Assembly (NCBI GenBank): GCA_964452165.1
Contig: CAYVKP010000001.1
Coordinates: 204,110 to 268,109 of the forward strand
From: an uncultured Gammaproteobacteria bacterium
GTDB taxonomy: Bacteria; Patescibacteriota; Microgenomatia; Levybacterales; GWA1-39-11
Reading direction: 5' to 3'
Length of the DNA: 64,000 bases
Positions 56,859-64,000 of this stretch are shown here, piece after piece (the first letter of the stretch is position 1; every line of letters starts with the position of its first letter). The notes beneath the pieces are model-generated. The model did not search any database, was not told the origin of the DNA, and worked only from the letters and a program-made list of their open reading frames with translations. Position numbers and translations under genes: made by a program.

Positions 56859-58658
56859 ATGAAGGCAAACGAAATAATAGAAAAGTATATAAATTTTTTT
56901 AAAGCCCAAGGCCACATTCAGATACAAAATTCCTCACTCGTCCCGGAAAACGATCCTACAACTTTATTTACGTCCTCCGGAATGCAGCCTCTTGTGCCAT
57001 ATTTACTTGGAGAGTCTCATCCTCAAGGAAAACGTCTGGTGAATGTTCAAAATTGTTTTAGAGCACAAGATATTGATGAAATTGGTGATAACCGTCACAC
57101 AACATTTTTTAGAATGTTAGGTAACTGGTCTTTGGGTGATTATTTTAGAGAAGAACAGCTTCCGTGGTTTTTTGAATTTTTAACCGAACAGTTAAATATA
57201 GATCCCGCAAGATTATATGTTTCTATCTTCAAGGGATACAAAGATATAGGAAAAGACACCGCATCTGAAAACATTTGGAGAGAGCTGTTTGCTTCCAAAA
57301 ACGTAAACCCCGAAGGTAGAATTTTTGAATATGGCGTTGATGAAAATTGGTGGTCAAGAGCGGGTGAACCTGATAACATGCCAGTTGGAGAACCGGGAGG
57401 AACAGACAGTGAAGTTTTCTTTGATTTCTATCCTGACCAGAAGTTTGAAAAAGACCTGAAGATTTACTCCCACGACGGAAGGCTTCTTGAAATAGGAAAT
57501 TCTGTTTTTATGCAATACAAAAAAACAGCATCTGGTTTTGAGGAGTTACCACAAAAAAATGTTGATTTTGGTGGAGGAGTCGAGCGTTTGGTCGCAGCAA
57601 CTGAAGACGAGCAGGATATTTTCAAAACCTCTACCTTCAAAAAAATAGTTGATACCATTGAAGAAACCATTTCGGGTACAAACTACGAAGATCACAAGAC
57701 TGAAATGAGAATTGTAACAGATCATTTTATTTCCTCAATTTTTATTGCTGCCTCAGGAATTCGTCCTTCAAATAAGGATCAAGGATATGTTTTGAGAAGA
57801 TTTATAAGGCGGGGACTCGACAATCTTTATGATCTTAGGGAGGGAGCGGGAATAGATCCTATACTTGATTCAATTTTTCTTGAATATCAAAAAACTGACC
57901 CTTGGATTACCGACCACTTCGCGGAAGTAAAAAGTGTGATTCTTGAAGAGGAAGGTAAATATAGCCAAACCAGGAAAAAAGCCAGAGCTTTTATTGAAAA
58001 AAAGTATCAGAGTAAACAGGTTGGGGGAGAAATTCTTGGAGTGACAGAAATTTCGTCAGACGATGCATTTGCGCTTTACACAACTCACGGTTTATCACCG
58101 ACCCAAATAAAAAGTCTCGGTTACGTTTTTAATGACCAGGAGTTTGCTAACAAAATGGAAGAGCATCAAAAGTTGTCACGTTCAGGAGCGCAGCAAAAAT
58201 TTGCAGGAGGGCTTGCAGATAATGAAGAGCTTACAGTTAAGGGTCACACTGCAACGCATCTTATGCATCAGGCGCTTCGTGATGTTTTGGGAGATCAAGT
58301 TCATCAAACGGGTTCCAATATAACAACTGAAAGAGTCCGTTTTGACTTTAATTACGATAAGAAACTCACAGATGAAGAGACTAAGAAAGTTGAAGAAATA
58401 GTTCGCCAAAAAATTTCGGAAAATCTTCCTGTCCGTTTTGAAATCATGCCACTTGCTAGAGCAAAAGAAATCGGTGCTATCGGCTTGTTTGACGAAAAGT
58501 ACCAAAAAGACGTAAAAGTTTATTTTGTAGGCGATTATTCTAAGGAATTTTGCGGAGGTCCCCACGTCAATTTTACAGGGGAGATTAAAAGTTTTAAAAT
58601 AATAAAGGAAGAAAGCCTTGGAAAAACCAACAGGCGAATTTATGCTGTAGTCGAATAG
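56859..58658 (+). CDS. alaS: Alanyl-tRNA synthetase (short, no C-Ala domain)
   Basis: DPTTLFTSSGMQP, HTTFFRMLGNWS.GDY, editing HTATHL and EFCGGPHV. Confidence 0.95.
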   Translation: MKANEIIEKYINFFKAQGHIQIQNSSLVPENDPTTLFTSSGMQPLVPYLLGESHPQGKRLVNVQNCFRAQDIDEIGDNRHTTFFRMLGNWSLGDYFREEQLPWFFEFLTEQLNIDPARLYVSIFKGYKDIGKDTASENIWRELFASKNVNPEGRIFEYGVDENWWSRAGEPDNMPVGEPGGTDSEVFFDFYPDQKFEKDLKIYSHDGRLLEIGNSVFMQYKKTASGFEELPQKNVDFGGGVERLVAATEDEQDIFKTSTFKKIVDTIEETISGTNYEDHKTEMRIVTDHFISSIFIAASGIRPSNKDQGYVLRRFIRRGLDNLYDLREGAGIDPILDSIFLEYQKTDPWITDHFAEVKSVILEEEGKYSQTRKKARAFIEKKYQSKQVGGEILGVTEISSDDAFALYTTHGLSPTQIKSLGYVFNDQEFANKMEEHQKLSRSGAQQKFAGGLADNEELTVKGHTATHLMHQALRDVLGDQVHQTGSNITTERVRFDFNYDKKLTDEETKKVEEIVRQKISENLPVRFEIMPLARAKEIGAIGLFDEKYQKDVKVYFVGDYSKEFCGGPHVNFTGEIKSFKIIKEESLGKTNRRIYAVVE

Positions 58659-58677
58659 CTTCGGCCAGACCAAAATC

Positions 58678-60921
58678 ATGCAACTGCCTTTTTTGAAAAA
58701 AACTACACCCGAGAAAAACTTTTTTCTTGCATTACTCGTCAAGCCCTATAAGGTTGGAGCAATTTTATTCGAAGAAATAAATGATAAGTTATTTATTCTT
58801 GCAACTAATGAAGTAAAAGTTGGGGAGCAGGTAGATAATTTATCCCCGGAGGATCTTCTTGAAGCGGCTGACAAGGCAATAAGCGCGGTTGAAGGAAGTC
58901 TTCCTGAGGGAGGGAGTGTTGAGAAGACAATTTTTTCCGTTCCTTACACGTGGATAGTAGACGGAAAGATAGACAAGGTTCCTCTTGAGCGCCTTAAGAA
59001 GATTTGTGAAGCCCTGGGACTTGTGCCTATGGGTTATCTAACGACTATCGATGCAATTGTATCTTTCCTTGCGCAACAAGAGGGCGCACCGGTTTCGGCA
59101 ATTTTCGTTGAAGTGGCAAAGAAAAGTGTTTTTGTATATCTGGTGCGTGCAGGACGAATCCTTGAGCAACATAGTACGGAAGTTGAAGATAAGCTTTTAG
59201 AGACAGTAAACGCTCTTCTAAAAAAGATAAGCTCGGTTGATGTTCTTCCTTCAAAAATAATCTTACTTGATTATGAAGGTGCAGTAAGCGCCCAGCAAGA
59301 TTTTTTATCACATACATGGCCTAAGGAAATTCCATTTTTACATTTGCCCCAAGTTATGGTTCTCGAGAAGGGGTTTGAAAATGAAGCGACTATAAACGGG
59401 GTTGCAACACAAATGGATTTAGAGGTTTTATCCGATATCAAAACCATTGAGGAGACGCCGTCAGAACCAGCACTTGGGAAAGCGGAAGCGGCAGACTTTG
59501 GTTTTATGAAAGAAAAAGACGTTGCAATAGAAAAGCCCCCTGAGAAAGTTGAAGGTTTGGATAAATCTGATAATTTGGAAATCCCAAGTAAAAAATCCGC
59601 AAAAAAGGGAGAACCAGACGTGAATTACTTTAAAGAAGAAAATAGTTCAGAAGAAGGTCGAGAAGAAATATCCGAAACACCATCTCGCAGTTCTTCCGGG
59701 CTTGCGGTTCTGTCCTCTTTGCCGCAGCTATCTGCTCTAGTTAGAAATATAAGAATTCCAGAGCTTAAGGTTCTGAGTAACTTTTCCGCAAGTCCAGCAA
59801 AATTAAAATTAGTAGGAATCATTGGAGCAGTTTTTGTAGTTATAATTCTCGTTGCACTTGCTTACTATAACGTAATCCTTAGCGCTCAAGTCAACGTGTT
59901 TTTAGATAAACGTGCAATAGATAAAACCGCAGATGTGGGATTTGCGCAAAATCCCACGACTGATAAAACGATAAAAATCTCTACACTTACCGAGGAGGTC
60001 AAAGGCGACGATACAAAAAATTCAACCGGAACCAAAGAAACCGGAGACAAGGCAACCGGAACTATCACCATATATAACAAGACCGAAGACGATAAGAATT
60101 TTCCCAAAGGTACAATTCTAGTAGGGCCAAACAATCTGGAGTTTGATCTTCAAGATAGCGTGAGTATTGCATCTACAAGCTCTTTTGCAACAGCATTATC
60201 TAGTGGAAAAGGTAAAGTTAATGCTTCAAAATTTGGAAAAGAATATAATTTACCTTCTTCGACAAACTTTACTGTTAAAGGATTCTCATCCTCTCAATTT
60301 ATTGCCAAAAACGACAGTGCATTAACGGGTGGTACTAAAAAAGAAACGACAGTTGTTTCAGATAAAGACCTTCAAGATTTACTAGTATCGGTTACAGATA
60401 AGTTAAGTCACAATGCAATAGACCAAGCAAAGCAGAAATTGGCAAGCGACTCAGATCTTTTGCCAAGTCCCTTATCATCTGACGTGACTGATAAGAACTA
60501 CACAAGAAAGGCGGGAGACGAGACAGGAAGTGTCGGAATCAGCGCGACAATAAAATATACACTTGCCAGTTACAGTAAATCTGATTTACAAAAAGTTGTT
60601 GATTCTCTTTCCGCAGGTCAAATTCCGGATACTTACAGTCTTGAATCAAATTCTTCAAAGATAGAAATCTCAGACGTAAATGTAACGCGCGATCAGACAG
60701 CGAGCGCTAAGCTTCACGTCAATGCAATCTACACACCCAAAATCGATAATAAAAAATTAGCTGCCGGAATTTCAGGAAAAAGTGAAAATGCTGCCATCAA
60801 AAAAATTAAATCAATAACCGGAGTAACAGATGTAGTAATTAATTTTAAAAGAACGATTCCTATATTTCCAAAACTTTTACCATTAAACTTTCACAACATA
60901 AATATTGAAGTCAAAAATTAA
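58678..60921 (+). CDS. Bitopic protein: FtsA/PilM-like N-terminal domain, TM, baseplate-J-like extracellular domain
   Basis: N-terminal alpha/beta domain, acidic linker, TM, ATGTITIYN..FPKGT..G.EYNL..LTGGT pattern. Confidence 0.55.
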   Translation: MQLPFLKKTTPEKNFFLALLVKPYKVGAILFEEINDKLFILATNEVKVGEQVDNLSPEDLLEAADKAISAVEGSLPEGGSVEKTIFSVPYTWIVDGKIDKVPLERLKKICEALGLVPMGYLTTIDAIVSFLAQQEGAPVSAIFVEVAKKSVFVYLVRAGRILEQHSTEVEDKLLETVNALLKKISSVDVLPSKIILLDYEGAVSAQQDFLSHTWPKEIPFLHLPQVMVLEKGFENEATINGVATQMDLEVLSDIKTIEETPSEPALGKAEAADFGFMKEKDVAIEKPPEKVEGLDKSDNLEIPSKKSAKKGEPDVNYFKEENSSEEGREEISETPSRSSSGLAVLSSLPQLSALVRNIRIPELKVLSNFSASPAKLKLVGIIGAVFVVIILVALAYYNVILSAQVNVFLDKRAIDKTADVGFAQNPTTDKTIKISTLTEEVKGDDTKNSTGTKETGDKATGTITIYNKTEDDKNFPKGTILVGPNNLEFDLQDSVSIASTSSFATALSSGKGKVNASKFGKEYNLPSSTNFTVKGFSSSQFIAKNDSALTGGTKKETTVVSDKDLQDLLVSVTDKLSHNAIDQAKQKLASDSDLLPSPLSSDVTDKNYTRKAGDETGSVGISATIKYTLASYSKSDLQKVVDSLSAGQIPDTYSLESNSSKIEISDVNVTRDQTASAKLHVNAIYTPKIDNKKLAAGISGKSENAAIKKIKSITGVTDVVINFKRTIPIFPKLLPLNFHNINIEVKN

Positions 60922-60924
60922 AGT

Positions 60925-61647
60925 ATGAAATATTACGTGAAAACCAACGGCCCAAGGAGAAAGAGGAACCCAAAAAAAACCTTCGGATTATTGTTTATCC
61001 TGGCCGGCATTGGTATATTTCTATATTTTTTCTTTCCCGTTCTTTCTTACCAAATATTTTTAGCCAACGCCTATGAAGGTGCGGGTATTGAAGTTCCGAT
61101 ACCAAAATATCTCGTTGTAAGTAAAACCGCAGACATTGGAAGTTTGGTTTCAGCGGGCTTTGCATCCCTCACTACCAATTTTAACGATGCAAGAAATTGG
61201 TATCCGGGTATGTCTAATACCGCTCAAAAAAGTAGCATTGATTCCTATACCTTGTCGATTCCCAAACTGAAAATAGAAAGCGCTGAAGTATCAACCAAGG
61301 ATTACAATTTAGACCGTCATCTCGTCCAATATTTTGGTACAGCAATTCCGGGACAAAAAGGGACGGCAGTAATTTTTGGTCATTCAACGATTCCGGCCTG
61401 GTTTGACCCAAAAAATTACAAAGCGATTTTTGCAACCTTGCATACAATAAAAGTGGGCGACGAATTTTCAGCAACCGTTGCAGGGATAACTTATAAGTAC
61501 AAGATATTTTCAATAATTATCACAAATCCTGCTGATACTAATATTTTGAGTCAAAGTTATGACAATTCTTATATTACAATTGTTACATGTACTCCTCCCG
61601 GAACTATTTGGAAAAGACTTATTGTCCGTGCCGCTCTTGAGTCATAA
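60925..61647 (+). CDS. Sortase (no. 3, probably housekeeping)
   Basis: PGQKGTAVIFGHS, ITIVTCTPPGT..RLIVRA. Confidence 0.9.
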   Translation: MKYYVKTNGPRRKRNPKKTFGLLFILAGIGIFLYFFFPVLSYQIFLANAYEGAGIEVPIPKYLVVSKTADIGSLVSAGFASLTTNFNDARNWYPGMSNTAQKSSIDSYTLSIPKLKIESAEVSTKDYNLDRHLVQYFGTAIPGQKGTAVIFGHSTIPAWFDPKNYKAIFATLHTIKVGDEFSATVAGITYKYKIFSIIITNPADTNILSQSYDNSYITIVTCTPPGTIWKRLIVRAALES

Positions 61648-61648
61648 T

Positions 61649-61879
61649 ATGCAAGAAGAAACTATCCAACAAATTCCCGCAGACCAAGAGTTCGGAATAA
61701 CCGAACAGGAGGAAAAAAATTATAAACTCCAGGGAATATTAGCGAGAATTAAATATTACTTCCAAAGTGCTGAACCCTTTATTGTCAAAATGTTAAATTC
61801 CATAATCTACACAACAATTAAATTTCTCAAAACAGTAGTTACTATGATTATAAGAATGGCACTTGGGAAAGACGTTTAA
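61649..61879 (+). CDS. Small hypothetical protein
   Basis: ATG at 61649 right after the sortase stop; amphipathic C-terminus. Confidence 0.6.
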   Translation: MQEETIQQIPADQEFGITEQEEKNYKLQGILARIKYYFQSAEPFIVKMLNSIIYTTIKFLKTVVTMIIRMALGKDV

Positions 61880-61912
61880 AGGGGACTAGTCATTTATGAT
61901 TGGGAAAAGTTT

Positions 61913-63190
61913 ATGGACGAAAAAAATCTAGCACTTGAAGGTATAAGGAGAAAGCTTGTTGGGAAGAGACTTTCCTATAAGGAAATATATGCCATTATGG
62001 ACGAAATCGCCCAGGACAAACTCGGAGATGTTCTGACTACTTATTTTGTTGCCTCGGGATATTCGGAAGGATTTTCAAACGATGAGCTCTATTCTTTGAC
62101 CCGTGCAATGGTTGAGACGGGAGAGCATTTGAGCTTTCATGGAATAGTTGCAGATAAGCATTCGATAGGAGGAGTCCCAGGAACTCGTGTAACTTTAATT
62201 TTAGTGCCAATTATTGCCGCGGCCGGATTTAAAATTCCAAAAAGTTCTTCCCGTGCAATTACAACTCCTGCGGGTACGGCCGACTGCATGGAGGTCTTGG
62301 CAGGCGTTACTTTTGGTAAAGAAGACATTTATAAAATAGTTGATAAGACAAATGCGTGTATTGTTTGGGGTGGAAGCTTTAAGATTGCGCCGGCAGATGA
62401 TGAGATAATAAAAATTGAAGAACCGCTTGTTTTTGAGTCGTACGACAAGATTGTCGTTTCTGTAATGGCAAAAAAAGTTGCTTTTGGCTCGACCCACGTA
62501 ATAATTGATTTGCCGTATGGAAGGACAGCTAAAATTCATAGAGAAGAAGAAGCAGAGGTTCTCAAAAAGAAGTTTGAATATTTGGGCCATAAGTTTGGTA
62601 TAAAAGTTCACGCTTTTCCACACAAAATTGAAGAACCCGCGGGACGCGGAATAGGACCCTTGCTTGAATCGCGCGATAGCCTATCGGTTTTGGAACAAGC
62701 AGAAAATCGTCCAATGGCGCTTGAAGAATTAGCGATTAATGCTTCATCACAACTTTTGAAAATGTGTCTTGAGGATGCAAATCAAGAGATTAAAGAAGGC
62801 TTTGAAAAAAAATACAAAGATACAACAGAATGGGCCCAGGATCTACTGCGGAGCGGAAAAGCGCTCGAGGTTTTTAGGGAAATTGTGAAAGCACAAAAGG
62901 GAAATCCGGATATATCCTCTGCTCATCTGCAGCCCGGCAGATACTCCAAGCAAATAAAATCCACAAAAACAGGAAAAATAAAAAGAGTTTCAAGTAAAAA
63001 CATAACTACAATTGCAAAAATTTTAGGAGCGCCGGAAGACAAGAAAGCCGGAATTTTTCTTAACAAAAGAATTGGAGACCCAGCTGAGAAAGAGGAAGAA
63101 TTAATGATGCTGTATGCTGATAGTGAATACAGGCTGAAGGAAGCTCATGATTCACTTGATCTCTTCCCCATCTACGAGATGGAAAAATAA
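61913..63190 (+). CDS. deoA: AMP phosphorylase / archaeal-type thymidine phosphorylase
   Basis: DKHSIGGVPG, IPKSSSRAIT.PAGTAD.MEVL, APADD.II.IE.PL, GRGIGP.LE.RD. Confidence 0.88.
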   Translation: MDEKNLALEGIRRKLVGKRLSYKEIYAIMDEIAQDKLGDVLTTYFVASGYSEGFSNDELYSLTRAMVETGEHLSFHGIVADKHSIGGVPGTRVTLILVPIIAAAGFKIPKSSSRAITTPAGTADCMEVLAGVTFGKEDIYKIVDKTNACIVWGGSFKIAPADDEIIKIEEPLVFESYDKIVVSVMAKKVAFGSTHVIIDLPYGRTAKIHREEEAEVLKKKFEYLGHKFGIKVHAFPHKIEEPAGRGIGPLLESRDSLSVLEQAENRPMALEELAINASSQLLKMCLEDANQEIKEGFEKKYKDTTEWAQDLLRSGKALEVFREIVKAQKGNPDISSAHLQPGRYSKQIKSTKTGKIKRVSSKNITTIAKILGAPEDKKAGIFLNKRIGDPAEKEEELMMLYADSEYRLKEAHDSLDLFPIYEMEK

Positions 63191-63212
63191 TGTGGTAAAA
63201 TAGCATTTATTA

Positions 63213-64000
63213 ATGAAGAGATTTTTTATTGCGATACTTCTCCTTTTGGTTATTGCAGCAGGTGCATTTCTGTATTGGAAATCTGCAGTTGGTCCGGCAA
63301 ACGCAAATAATCACTCCAATAAAATATTCGTGATAGATCGTGGAGAAACAGTTCGCGAGATAGGTAACTCACTCAAGAAAGAGGGCTTAATTCGTGACGC
63401 TGTGGCCTTCTTTATTTATGTTAAATTAAATGCTCAGGATAAAAATGTTCAAGCAGGAGACTACAGACTTTCTCCCTCTATGAGTTTGGCAAAAATCGTT
63501 GACGCTTTAAACCATGGAACGCTTGACCGATGGGTCACAGTCCCAGAAGGTTTGCGAGCAGAGGAGATTGCCGATATTTTCAAAAAGACCCTTCCTACAT
63601 ATAAAGACTCTTGGCGAACAGAACTTGATGCAAACGAAGGTTATCTTTTCCCGGATACTTATCTTGTTCCAAAAGACGCGGATGTGGCTATGATTATTTC
63701 AATGATGCGAAACAACTTTGATAAGAGGGTTACGGAAGCGGGTATTAATGTTTCGGCTCTAGACCTGAAGCACGCAGTAATTATCGCCTCAATTATTGAG
63801 AAGGAAGCAAAATTTGCTGACGATTTTCCAATTGTTTCATCGGTTATTCACAATCGCCTAGATGACGGTATGCGTCTTCAGGTAGATCCTTCAGTTGCTT
63901 ACGTTCTTGGTTACCAGTCAGACACCAAAAAATGGTGGAAACAAGAATTGACATATGACGACCTAAAAATAAATTCTCCATATAACACTTATTTGAATGT
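63213..64000 (+). CDS. mltG: Endolytic transglycosylase MltG (3'-truncated by window edge; not in ORF track)
   Basis: Manual translation: TM, QAGDYRL, TVPEGL, EGYLFPDTY, IASIIEKE, SVIHNRL, LQVDPSV.Y, SPYNTY. Confidence 0.93.
   Translation, partial: MKRFFIAILLLLVIAAGAFLYWKSAVGPANANNHSNKIFVIDRGETVREIGNSLKKEGLIRDAVAFFIYVKLNAQDKNVQAGDYRLSPSMSLAKIVDALNHGTLDRWVTVPEGLRAEEIADIFKKTLPTYKDSWRTELDANEGYLFPDTYLVPKDADVAMIISMMRNNFDKRVTEAGINVSALDLKHAVIIASIIEKEAKFADDFPIVSSVIHNRLDDGMRLQVDPSVAYVLGYQSDTKKWWKQELTYDDLKINSPYNTYLN

Overview
Gene-dense, fairly AT-rich bacterial chromosome segment. Gene content and architecture (short IF2, protease-less Lon, membrane-anchored Clp ATPase, AMP-phosphorylase-type DeoA, several sortases, xVLGAS-bearing surface proteins) suggest a Patescibacteria/CPR genome, probably Microgenomates; this is inference, not a database result. 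The window holds housekeeping genes (dnaJ, metK with a SAM-I/IV-type riboswitch, nusA-infB-rpsO-pnp-rnj-ftsK, nth, alaS, mltG), an RND pump, and a ~12-kb cell-surface cluster (two sortases, sortase substrates, a BcsA-like glycosyltransferase, a matrixin). The most unusual feature is a ~3.4-kb GC-rich minus-strand operon of seven orphan genes (31169-34289) with strong SD sites. It is framed like an rRNA precursor: an extended -10 promoter, a boxA-like motif, four nested leader/trailer complementary blocks whose mismatches are almost all G-U compatible on the transcribed strand, and a branched terminator. It encodes a GG-ending ubiquitin/MoaD-like protein, an NBR1-FW-like Ig protein and a B-box-like zinc finger. 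A ~70-bp structured repeat with interchangeable triloop hairpins occurs twice, once flanked by a 20-bp direct duplication. No rRNA, tRNA or CRISPR array was recognised. All calls are by-eye motif recognition.
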